Shown piece after piece: positions 1 to 8,962 of a stretch of 64,000 bases of DNA. This DNA comes from Ignavibacteriota bacterium (GTDB lineage Bacteria; Bacteroidota; Ignavibacteria; UBA10030). Numbering within the stretch: the stretch's first letter is position 1; every line of letters starts with the position of its first letter. The stretch is from assembly GCA_963727825.1 (NCBI GenBank), contig CAVSHO010000009.1, forward strand, positions 768,001 through 832,000, given 5' to 3'. The position numbers were made by a program, and so were the translations under genes. The notes beneath the pieces were generated by a model. The model was given only the letters and a program-made list of their open reading frames with translations. It had not been told where the DNA came from and made no database searches.

Positions 1-253
1 CATAATTTTTTATCTCAAGTTCGTTGTATGCAATTTCCCGAAAATTGAAGTGATGCATTTCCACTATTGTCCGTGCAAGATCGATATCTTCCGTTGTAAT
101 AGTATCTGTTACCGCAAGAACAATGAGTGCATTCTTGCCAAGCACTTTATTGGCGACAAAAGCAACTAGCGTCGAATCCACTCCTCCGGAATATCCAACG
201 ATCACCTTTCCCCAATTTTGAATAAGAGCCTCAAGCTGCTCTGTTTTTTGCAT
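1..253 (-). CDS. larE: ATP-dependent sacrificial sulfur transferase LarE family (PP-loop), 5' part only; runs off the window
   Basis: Not in the ORF track. Manual translation from ATG 253 gives MQKTEQLEALIQNWGKVIVGYSGGVDSTLVAFVANKVLGKNALIVLAVTDTI...REIAYNELEIKNY, with the PP-loop SGGVDS motif and LarE-like context. Confidence 0.75.
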   Translation of the reverse strand, partial: MQKTEQLEALIQNWGKVIVGYSGGVDSTLVAFVANKVLGKNALIVLAVTDTITTEDIDLARTIVEMHHFNFREIAYNELEIKNY

Positions 254-505
254 GAAGAACCTTTCTGTTTCTGAAATAATCTACGTAAAAAAGTTGAAAC
301 CTGCTTATGAATATCCCGCGATTTCTTGATGTTTGTGTCGTCATACCAGTCGCAACAATATCGGGAGGAATTAATAATGTTAGGTCCAGCTTTCACAAGG
401 GCGACAAAATATCTTGCATTTAGAATACGGATTAAATAGATTGATCGGTGAAAAGGTAAGAAAAATATGGACGGGCTGTTGGGGATTCTATCGAGAGGAA
501 TATAT

Positions 506-614
506 GGCCAACAACTAACGGCACGCCCCTTTTTAATTAACCGCAGAGTAGGCAATCCATATAATACAATACGCACATATTAGGATAAAATCAGCGGTCT
601 AATCATGGTTGGCT
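506..614 (+). repeat. attC-like site (weak)
   Basis: GGCCAAC (506-512) ... GTTGGCT (608-614), complementary ends, ending 20 nt before ATG 635. Confidence 0.35.
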
Positions 615-634
615 GGTGCGAGAAGAAAGAACCG

Positions 635-1075
635 ATGAAACATATCTTTACATTTATACTTTCGTTTATTTTACTTTCTTGTTCACAGAAGCAGGATTCA
701 TCTAATTCCAAGAAGATACCACAATCAAGTGCCGATACGACGTATGGTTATCTTATTGATATTAATCGTAGTGATTCCGGTTATGTTCATAACATTTTAA
801 CTTCAATGTACACCGGCTTTACGATTTCTGATGGTGAACTAACAGACTACGATGCGGATGAATTGTTCTTTGGATATAATAAAACCATAATACGCATAAA
901 TAATTTATATGTAATTCCCATTCGGGTCGGTGTCACAAAATTATTCTTGAGGAACCCTAACAATCTTGATTTAATTTCAGACTCTGTTACAGTTTCTGTT
1001 TTTGAAAAGAATGGAATATTAGAATTACAAACGCAGCGCACGCCAGCGAACCAGTCACCAAGACCGATGGAATAA
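635..1075 (+). CDS. Hypothetical lipoprotein (cassette ORF)
   Basis: From ATG 635: MKHIFTFILSFILLSC, a lipoprotein signal with lipobox Cys. No family recognised. Confidence 0.7.
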   Translation: MKHIFTFILSFILLSCSQKQDSSNSKKIPQSSADTTYGYLIDINRSDSGYVHNILTSMYTGFTISDGELTDYDADELFFGYNKTIIRINNLYVIPIRVGVTKLFLRNPNNLDLISDSVTVSVFEKNGILELQTQRTPANQSPRPME

Positions 1076-1161
1076 GCGTACTGCAAATTACATTGTAAGC
1101 AAAGATTCTATTAAAAATTCTAATCGCACTACGGAAAGTAATCTTTATTAAAATATTAGGA
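1045..1161 (+). repeat. Degenerate attC-like site
   Basis: AGCGAAC-CAGTCA...GAATAAGCGTACTGCA is homologous to the 2507-2709 site; ends ATTAGGA (GTT changed to ATT) just before ATG 1167. Confidence 0.5.
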
Positions 1162-1166
1162 ACGAT

Positions 1167-1622
1167 ATGTCTATAGATGCAAAATATGTTCATACAAATT
1201 TAATCGCGCGTGATTGGCAAAAGTTGTCTTTGTTTTATCAAGAAGTATTCGGCTTCAAGCCGGTTCTGCCTGAGCGACATTATAAAGGTACCGATCTTGA
1301 ACGCGGCACAGGTGTCAGGGGATCGGAACTTCATGGTATTCACTTGCGGATGCCAGGATATGATGACGGCGGCCCAACATTGGAAATATACACATACACA
1401 ATCCCGGAAGAAGGATCGGTTCCTGCTGTTAATCGTCCTGGATTTGGACATATTGCCTTGTCCGTTACAGAAGTAAGGGATGCTCAAGAAATAGTTCTGC
1501 AAGCCGGTGGAAAAGCTGTCGGAGAAATCGTAACTTTACATACATCTACGGGAGCTAAGGTAACTTGGTGCTACGTAACAGATCCTGAAGGCAATATCAT
1601 CGAATTACAATCATGGTCATAA
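1167..1622 (+). CDS. VOC (glyoxalase/bleomycin resistance) family protein
   Basis: HTNLIARD..FYQEVFG, GFGHIAL and YVTDPEGNIIELQ motifs. Confidence 0.9.
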   Translation: MSIDAKYVHTNLIARDWQKLSLFYQEVFGFKPVLPERHYKGTDLERGTGVRGSELHGIHLRMPGYDDGGPTLEIYTYTIPEEGSVPAVNRPGFGHIALSVTEVRDAQEIVLQAGGKAVGEIVTLHTSTGAKVTWCYVTDPEGNIIELQSWS

Positions 1623-1677
1623 CAAAGAAAATCGAATACATAAAATATTAATCGCACAGCTTAATCAGGCGTTATCA
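1617..1677 (+). repeat. attC-like site
   Basis: TCATAAC overlaps the stop codon; right end CAGCTTAATCAGGCGTTATCA closely resembles the classical attC L'/R' end (GCTTAAnTCAGGnGTTA). Confidence 0.6.
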
Positions 1678-1702
1678 GATATTTATTATTGGATATGAAT
1701 AA

Positions 1703-2047
1703 ATGAAATACAAATATCACCATATTGGCATTCCGACACAAAAACCGTTCAACGGAGAAAAATATCTCAAAGATTACAAGATTTATCATGGTGGATTTGA
1801 AGAGAGCGAATTTGGTATAGAATGGATGCGGTATGAAGAAGGCTGTAATCTTCCAGAAATTGTGAAAACAATCCCACACATTGCATTTGAGGTAGACAAC
1901 ATTTACGAAGCAATAAAAGGTCACAAGGTAATCATTGCACCAAACAGTCCGTCAGAAGGTAATGTAGTTGCATTTATAGAAGAGAATGGCGCTCCGATAG
2001 AATTTATACAAATAAAAAATAGCGCTTTACCAGATGCTACTCTATAG
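1703..2047 (+). CDS. VOC-like family protein
   Basis: YHHIGIP, PHIAFEVDNI and AFIEENGAPIEF motifs. Confidence 0.8.
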   Translation: MKYKYHHIGIPTQKPFNGEKYLKDYKIYHGGFEESEFGIEWMRYEEGCNLPEIVKTIPHIAFEVDNIYEAIKGHKVIIAPNSPSEGNVVAFIEENGAPIEFIQIKNSALPDATL

Positions 2048-2051
2048 CCAT

Positions 2052-2151
2052 CCAGAACAACTATTCAGTCGGGCGGTAGTGCAGCGGGAATTGTCATCCA
2101 TTGGATAGTATAAGATTTTTATCCCTTTACACTATAGACAGGTTGTTATAT
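2052..2151 (+). repeat. Degenerate attC-like site
   Basis: CCAGAACAAC ... GTTGTTATAT (AACAAC pairs with GTTGTT); GTTATAT is directly followed by ATG 2152. Confidence 0.5.
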
Positions 2152-2487
2152 ATGATCGATAAGACTGTTGCGGAACAATACAAATGGGGTCAAAATTGCA
2201 GTGGCTGGCATCTTGTCAAGTCAGATTCTCTAAGTGTTATTCAGGAGTCGATGCCGCCGCATACATCGGAGTCCCGTCACAAGCATTCCAAATCACGTCA
2301 ATTCTTTTTCATCCTGTCAGGTGAAGCAACATTTGAGATAGATGGCAAGAAACAAATTCTTCAATCAGAACAAGGATTTGAAATTGCTCCTGGCGTTGTG
2401 CATCAAGTTCTTAACAACTCAAACATAGATTTGCAGTTTCTAGTTATTTCCTGTCCCCCAAGTCATAGCGACCGGATTAATATTTAG
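2152..2487 (+). CDS. Cupin domain protein
   Basis: HKHSKSRQFFFILSGEA and PGVVHQV cupin motifs; ATG 2152 preferred over TTG 2101. Confidence 0.9.
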   Translation: MIDKTVAEQYKWGQNCSGWHLVKSDSLSVIQESMPPHTSESRHKHSKSRQFFFILSGEATFEIDGKKQILQSEQGFEIAPGVVHQVLNNSNIDLQFLVISCPPSHSDRINI

Positions 2488-2506
2488 AAAATATTTCATC
2501 TTGCAC

Positions 2507-2709
2507 CGCCAGACCAGTCATTCAAGCTGAAAGAATGGGCCTGCCGACCAGCCCGCTGCGTGTACTGGCGGGAAAGAAGGCAGGCAAGCGCACTGCATAT
2601 TTATAGCTTACAGAAGTTATGTTTTAATTTGAAAGTAATTACAATGAACTATAGAATTGGAAATTTCGCATAATGGGACTACATTATATTAGCTTGTTGG
2701 CTGTTAGGT
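2507..2709 (+). repeat. attC-like site carrying a 47-bp palindromic insertion
   Basis: CAGTCATTCAAGCT (canonical L'' TTCAAGC) pairs with AGCTTGTTGGCTG, followed by GTTAGGT (2703-2709). Confidence 0.6.
2539..2585. repeat. REP-like nested palindrome
   Basis: GCCTGCC (2539-2545)/GGCAGGC (2579-2585) enclosing CCCGC (2552-2556)/GCGGG (2568-2572). Confidence 0.6.
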
Positions 2710-2742
2710 TGCGTTGCTCAATTTTTCAAGAGGCATTTCAAT

Positions 2743-2961
2743 ATGGAAAAAATCTCCCCGGAAATTGATGCATTAATTACAACAATCGTTTATTTGAATT
2801 GTCGAGTGGAAGCTATCGTAAGGCTTCTTGAAGAAAAAGGTATTTCGCTTGACTCAAAAGAGATTGACACTCAAATGCGTAGAATCAATTCGATTCAAGG
2901 CAGTGTCATGCGTTATCAAATATCTTGTCGTATAAAAGATCCAAATTTTGATCTTAAATAG
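2743..2961 (+). CDS. Small hypothetical protein (cassette ORF)
   Basis: 72-aa ORF with AGAGG SD-like sequence, lying between two attC-like sites. Confidence 0.6.
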   Translation: MEKISPEIDALITTIVYLNCRVEAIVRLLEEKGISLDSKEIDTQMRRINSIQGSVMRYQISCRIKDPNFDLK

Positions 2962-2982
2962 ATCAAAATATTGTTAAATGCC

Positions 2983-3061
2983 GTCTAACCAAGTCGCTCT
3001 CCGTCGGAATGCATGATGGGCAAATCTGCTGGAAAGCAATAGAAGTTGCCATGTGTTAGGT
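2983..3061 (+). repeat. attC-like site (best match)
   Basis: GTCTAAC (RYYYAAC, 2983-2989) ... GTTAGGT (GTTRRRY, 3055-3061), 79 bp. Confidence 0.7.
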
Positions 3062-3087
3062 GGGCATAAAAATATTTGCAACATTAG

Positions 3088-3762
3088 ATGAAAAAAATTA
3101 AACAACCAAGTTTAGATGCTGGTAGATTCTCAATCTGGCTCCGAAATATCCGAAACGTCTTGGCGGTTGAGAATTGCGGAATAAATGTTCCCTGCGGCAA
3201 ATGCCATGCTTGCTGCAGATCTTCCTTTTTTATTCACATTAAACCAGAAGAAACTCGCACTCTTTGCCGAATACCGAAAGAACTCTTGTTTCCTGCTCCT
3301 TTTCTACCTAAAGGTCATATGGTTTTGGGTTACAACGAGCATGGTTGTTGCCCAATGTTTATCGGGAATAAGTGCTCAATTTACAGATTCCGTCCAGCTA
3401 CTTGTCGTAGTTTTGATTGTCGAATTCTTGCCTCAAGTGGAATTATACCTAAGAACCACAATCTAATCGCTCAGCATGTTCGGCGTTGGAAGTTCAGTTA
3501 TCCCAATGAGAGAGACCGCGATCTTCTTTCGGCAGTTCAGACGGCGGCAATATTTTTGAAAAATCATCCTGAATGCATCCGAGGTAAATTAACTTCGAGA
3601 GGCGAAATTCAATTGGCGGTTAACGCAATTAAAGTATATGATGTTTTTTTCAATAATAATATCACGACCGCTAACGTTGCCCAAGCAACTTACGATTCCA
3701 AGATCGTTAGGAAAGTGATGAGGTCGTACAAAATGTTTGAAATGCGTAAATGTGCTGCCTAA
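3088..3762 (+). CDS. YkgJ-family cysteine cluster (CxxCxxCC) protein
   Basis: PCGKCHACC ... CPMFIGNKCSIYRFRPATCRSFDC. Confidence 0.85.
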   Translation: MKKIKQPSLDAGRFSIWLRNIRNVLAVENCGINVPCGKCHACCRSSFFIHIKPEETRTLCRIPKELLFPAPFLPKGHMVLGYNEHGCCPMFIGNKCSIYRFRPATCRSFDCRILASSGIIPKNHNLIAQHVRRWKFSYPNERDRDLLSAVQTAAIFLKNHPECIRGKLTSRGEIQLAVNAIKVYDVFFNNNITTANVAQATYDSKIVRKVMRSYKMFEMRKCAA

Positions 3763-3892
3763 TCAAGTGCTCGCCGCCGTTCAAAGAACTTATGCGAGCT
3801 TGCCAATCTAATAAAAATCAGTGCCGAGATAAAAACTGGAGTAATAAAATTCTAGTAATCCTCAATACCAATAGAGCTTTATACCGTTTAAT
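3757..3892 (+). repeat. Degenerate terminal attC-like site
   Basis: GCCTAATCAAGTGCTCGCCG overlaps the stop codon and matches GTCTAACCAAGTCGCTCTCCG at 2983; possible right end GAGC...GTTTAAT at 3886-3892. Confidence 0.5.
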
Positions 3893-3906
3893 CGGAAAGA
3901 AAAAAA

Positions 3907-4617
3907 TCATATAAGAGCGTGGCTTACTGCCACTATCGCAGCTGTTTCTGTCCGCAGACGGCGCGTGCCAAGCGAGATGGATTTGAATCCAAGATGTACT
4001 GCACAGGCTGTTTCCTCTTCTGTAAAACCACCTTCGGGCCCGACTACAATGAGCAGCGAGTGAATATCCTCATGTAATTTCAATTCAGATGTGATGGTAC
4101 GCGAGGAATCGGTTTTTTCATGAAAAATAAATTTCAACTGATAGTGCGAGGAATTATCGATTAACGATTTTAAATTTTGCAGCGGTTGAATCCGAGGAAG
4201 CCAACTGCGTCCACATTGTTTCATTGCTGAAAGAGCGATCTTTTCCAGGCGTTCATGTTTCTCGCCGTGGGATATGGTGCGCTCACAAGAAATCGGAAGA
4301 ATCGTCCGCACGCCAAGTTCTGTAGTTTTTTCTATTAAATAATCAAACCTTGCGGGATTTTTTAATAACGAGACAGCAAGCGTGACGTCAATTAATGGTT
4401 CGTTGTACTTACGATGCATTGCAGCAATAGTGCAGCGTGTATCTGTTTTTCCTATCTCTGTAATTACTGCTTGATACATCATCTCATTGCCGTCGGTCAC
4501 AAAGATGCGGTCGCCAATATTCTTTCTCAACACTCGGACAAGATGCTTAGATTCGTCACCGCGTAGTGTTAGCCCGTGGCTTGTTACATCTTCCGGTTTG
4601 ACGTAGAAGTATTCCAT
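3907..4617 (-). CDS. rsmE: 16S rRNA m3U1498 methyltransferase
   Basis: HLVRVLR, EKTTELGV, GPEGGF and LGTRRLRTETAA motifs; ATG 4617. Confidence 0.95.
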   Translation of the reverse strand: MEYFYVKPEDVTSHGLTLRGDESKHLVRVLRKNIGDRIFVTDGNEMMYQAVITEIGKTDTRCTIAAMHRKYNEPLIDVTLAVSLLKNPARFDYLIEKTTELGVRTILPISCERTISHGEKHERLEKIALSAMKQCGRSWLPRIQPLQNLKSLIDNSSHYQLKFIFHEKTDSSRTITSELKLHEDIHSLLIVVGPEGGFTEEETACAVHLGFKSISLGTRRLRTETAAIVAVSHALI

Positions 4618-4668
4618 AGTAAAAAATGTGTTTAGATTCCTCAACTGCGAGGAAAATTGAACAGGAAG

Positions 4669-6057
4669 TCAAAATGATACATCAAAGTCAAGAATATAAT
4701 CCATCTTGCTTACGTTGTTTACGGCTGCTTCTGTACGAATTGTGTATCCATATGGCAAAAGAAATTGCAAGCCCGCTCCATATCCGGAGTACCATGGCTG
4801 TTCCGATACAACTTGATTGCGTGACCATGCGATTCCTGCATCAGCAAATAATCCGAAATAAATACCGTAGCGAAGTTTTTGGAATTCCGGCACTTTCAGC
4901 CATTCAATTTCTAAATATCGCGGCAATAGAATCGGCAAGCGCAGTTCAACATTTGCCCCGATTCTATCTTCTGCTTCAATAATTTTACGAAAATACCCGC
5001 GAATACGTTCATCATATCCGAAGAAGACATGCCTATACGAAGGAATCGGTCCGCCCCATGTGAACGACCCATCCGTTCGTAACCCTAATGCACTACCTTC
5101 GTTAAATCCAAAAAATTTTCGCAAGTCGTAACTCGCTGTAGCAATGTTTACATCTGATTCTCCAAATCCGTTTTTTGCGACAGCAAGAGAAATAAGCGTG
5201 CCGTTCGTAGTATATTCATTATTGTCCCTTGTATCAAACCTGTAGGAAAGCGATAACACGAGGAACGCATCACGTCCCGATGAAGATAACGTACTATTTA
5301 ATCGGGGATCACTGACTTGCCAAATTTCATACCCAAAAGTACTTGAGAGCGTTTGATACATGCCAAATCGCTTACCGACTGTTTCGCGCAGGAAAAGGTT
5401 AGAATTCATATATTCTTCAGAATTGCTGCTCAAGTTGTGTAGTTTTTGAAGTGTAAGTGCTGTTCCTATAAAGATATCGTCGTCATCTGTTATTTTAGGA
5501 TTTTGATAGTTGATCATAAATAGTTTATCGTACCCAAAATAAAATAATGTAAAGAGCTTCTCGTTTCGCCCGCGAAAATTTTCATGCATCATCCCTGCAC
5601 CGTAATAAAGTTTTGACAAGTCTCCATATTTCATGCCAAGAACTGGAAATGGAATAAAGTACCACCGTTCCGACACTGTAACGATAACCGTCGCCTGATT
5701 TTGATACACAGAATCTTCAATATCAACTTTATTAAAGAGTCGAAGATTATAGATATTGTTACGGTCGAGGTCTTTCGCTTGCTGTGTAAGTGTATCACCT
5801 ATTTTTAACGACATCTCGCGGAAAATGACTTGTTCCTTTGTTGTACTATTGCCTCGAATTTGAATGTCTTTGATAATAATGGCAGAATCGGTCGCGGTCT
5901 GCGACTGAAGTGGCATATTGAAGAGTGAAATAAAGACGAGAAGCATCAGATTTTTTATCACATAACTCCAAATAGAAGACTTTCTGGGTAAAATAATAAT
6001 TAATATTGTGCGGCATCTTAATGACAGCTGATATTTCCAGAGCAGGTCTCTATTCAC
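4669..6057 (-). CDS. BamA/TamA (Omp85) family outer membrane protein with one POTRA domain; start probably later (about 5946-5961)
   Basis: POTRA (IQIRGNSTTKEQVIFRE...LRLFNKV), RIRGY barrel motif, C-terminal Phe. Confidence 0.8.
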   Translation of the reverse strand: MNRDLLWKYQLSLRCRTILIIILPRKSSIWSYVIKNLMLLVFISLFNMPLQSQTATDSAIIIKDIQIRGNSTTKEQVIFREMSLKIGDTLTQQAKDLDRNNIYNLRLFNKVDIEDSVYQNQATVIVTVSERWYFIPFPVLGMKYGDLSKLYYGAGMMHENFRGRNEKLFTLFYFGYDKLFMINYQNPKITDDDDIFIGTALTLQKLHNLSSNSEEYMNSNLFLRETVGKRFGMYQTLSSTFGYEIWQVSDPRLNSTLSSSGRDAFLVLSLSYRFDTRDNNEYTTNGTLISLAVAKNGFGESDVNIATASYDLRKFFGFNEGSALGLRTDGSFTWGGPIPSYRHVFFGYDERIRGYFRKIIEAEDRIGANVELRLPILLPRYLEIEWLKVPEFQKLRYGIYFGLFADAGIAWSRNQVVSEQPWYSGYGAGLQFLLPYGYTIRTEAAVNNVSKMDYILDFDVSF

Positions 6058-6072
6058 AAGAAATATATTGAT

Positions 6073-8962
6073 TTATTTAAATTCTTCCATTGGTGGGCAT
6101 GTGCAGAAAATATTCCGATCACCATAAGTGTTGTTAATTCGACCGACAGCAGGCCAAAATTTATTTTTTTTGAGAGAGGAAACTGGGAATGCTGCTTGTT
6201 CGCGCGAATATTTGTGATTCCACAAATCGCTTGTCACTATCAAAGAAGTATGTGGCGCATTCTTCAAAGGATTATCAATTCTATCAAGCTTCCCATCAAT
6301 GATGCCCTGTATCTCATTCCTGATGGCGAGCATTGCATCGATGAAGCGATCAAGTTCTGCTTTTGGTTCGCTTTCGGTTGGTTCAATCATCATTGTGTCA
6401 TGAACAGGAAACGATATCGTCGGGGCATGGAAACCATAATCCATAAGACGTTTCGCAATATCATCTACTTCAATCCCAGCCTGTTCTTTGAAGGAATTCA
6501 TGTTTAAAATAAATTCATGCCCCACTCTTCCATTTTTGCCTTGATAGAGAACCGAAAAATGACTTTCTAGTTTTGATTTCAGATAATTAGCATTGAGAAT
6601 AGCGGTTTTTGTGACCTCTTTTAATCCTTCCGTGCCAAGCATTTTGATATACGCATAAGAGATAAGTAAAATACTCGCGCTACCCCACGGAGTAGAAGCA
6701 ACTGCGTGTATGGCTTTTTCACCACCGACTTTCAAAATCGAATGTCCGGGCAAGTACGGCGTAAGATTCTGAGTTACACAAATGGGCCCCATTCCAGGAC
6801 CGCCACCGCCATGCGGAATTGCAAAAGTTTTATGTAAATTGATATGGCAAACATCTGCGCCAATTTCTGCGGGAGTTGTAAGTCCAATTTGCGCGTTTAA
6901 ATTTGCACCATCCATATAAACCAAACCGCCATTTTGGTGGATGATATCGCATATTTCTTTAATGCGCTCTTCAAACACACCGTGTGTGGATGGATACGTT
7001 ACCATCAAAGCGGCAAGCGTGTCCTTGTATTGTGTTGCCTTTGCCTGCACGTCGTCCACATCAATATTGCCATTCGAATCGCAATTCACGACGACAACTT
7101 TCATTCCGGCCATCACGGCACTGGCAGGATTAGTGCCATGCGCGGATGATGGAATAAGTGTAACGTTACGTTTTGATTGTTCGTGATCCAGATGAAAAGC
7201 GCGAATCACCAGCAAGCCGGTTAGCTCTCCCTGAGCGCCGGAATTCGGCTGAAGCGAGGCCGCTGAAAAACCGGTAGTCTTACAAAGCGAATTTTCCAAT
7301 TCCTGAAATATCTTGAAATATCCTATTGATTGATCGGCTGGTGCAAACGGATGAATGTTAGCAAATTCCGGCCACGTTAACGGAAGTAATTCTGTCGCAG
7401 CATTCAATTTCATTGTACAAGAACCGAGTGGAATCATCGATGCCGTAAGCGAGAGATCTTTGTTCTCCAAACTCTTAATATAACGCATCATTGCCGTTTC
7501 AGAATGATAGGAGTTGAACACTGGATGCCTGAGAAAAGAACTCATTCTTTGAAATGGAAACGGATATAAAACAGCCGTCGATCCAAATGAAGTGTTGAAT
7601 GATCCTTTATTGACAGCGGCGCCTTTCACTTTTGCAAAGACATTTACCATTGCTTCGATATCTTCAGATGAAGTTGTTTCATCAAGTGAAATGCCGATGT
7701 ATTTATCTTCAATGAAACGAAGGTTATAACCTGCTTCGACAGCAAGTTGAAGAATATGCATCGCTTGTTTTTCGTCCTTCATTTCAATTTTCAGCGTATC
7801 AAAATAAATTTCATTTAGTTGTCTGAAGCCTCGTTTTATTAGTTCCGTATCTAACAATTTAGTCAAGCGATGAATGCGGGTCGCTATATTCTTGATACCC
7901 TCGGGTCCGTGATAAACTGCATACATCCCGGACATTATTGCTAATAGGGCTTGCGCTGTGCATATGTTTGATGTTGCTTTCTCGCGGCGGATGTGCTGTT
8001 CACGGGTTTGAAGTGCTAGGCGATATGCAGTATTGTTTTGTGCATCAATTGAAACACCGATGATCCGGCCGGGCATGTTGCGAATGTATTCATCTTTAGT
8101 CGCAAAGAACGCCGCATGCGGACCACCATAACCGAGTGGAATTCCAAATCGCTGAGAGTTACCGATAACAATATCTGCGCCAAATTCACCCGGAGGGGTT
8201 AACAGTGCTAACGCCATTAAATCAGTTGCGACAATAGCAATTGCGCCTGAGTCATGCACTTTCTTGATAAATCCACGCCGGTCAATTACCGCACCATCTT
8301 CACAAGGATATTGAATTAACGCTCCGAAGAATGATTTATCAAACTCCACTGTATTAGGATTACCAACGACAACTTCGATATTATGTGGAGTGGCGCGTGT
8401 AAGAACAACATCAATAGTCTGGCGGTAACATCGAGCAGAAATAAAAAATTTATTTGCCGGTTTTTCTAGGGATCTGTTGACAATACCATACGCCATCGCC
8501 ATTGCTTCTGCCGCAGCAGTGCCTTCATCTAACAACGAGGCGTTCGCAATAGGCATTTCTGTAAAGTCTGAAACCATTGTCTGGAAGTTGATAAGCGCCT
8601 CGAGCCGGCCCTGCGAAATCTCTGGTTGATATGGTGTGTACCTGCGTGTACCAACCTGGATTCTCAAAAATATTTCGCCGAATAACACTTGGAGTAATGC
8701 AATTATAATATCCCTGACCTAGAAACGACTTAAGCACGATATTATTCTTTGCAATCTCTCGAAGTTCATTCAGTATCTCGTACTCTGTAACCGCGGGATC
8801 CATTTGGATTTGCTGCTTACTACGGATGGTTTCTGGAATTGTTTGATCGATCAATTCATCGATCGAACTAACGCCGACAGCATTGAGCATCTCGGGAATT
8901 TCATGCTCACGGGGGCCGAGATGTCTAGAGAGAAATTCATTTTTAGGTTGCACTGTTTTCAT
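6073..8962 (-). CDS. gcvP: Glycine dehydrogenase (decarboxylating), single-chain P protein, interrupted by a one-base frameshift at about 8641
   Basis: ORF 8525-8962 gives ...ENPGWYTQ and ORF 6073-8688 continues [16 protein letters not shown]; PLP motif HINLHKTF and GSCTMKLN present. Confidence 0.9.

Larger units (their letters stand above)
506..3892 (+). mobile_element. Integron gene-cassette array with degenerate attC sites and no integrase in window (CALIN-like)
   Basis: Six short co-oriented unrelated ORFs, each spacer bounded by RYYYAAC-like and GTTRRRY-like ends; related sequences recur between spacers. Confidence 0.65.

Noticed and set aside
202-576. 124-aa minus-strand ORF in the track
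   Set aside because: No recognisable motifs; it overlaps the larE start in another frame and the attC-like region.
506-3892. CRISPR interpretation of the recurring spacer motifs
   Set aside because: The repeats are degenerate and separated by whole genes, with no constant period and no cas genes.
8630-8655. Programmed ribosomal frameshift in gcvP
   Set aside because: No slippery heptamer, homopolymer run or obvious stimulator; an indel error or mutation is simpler.
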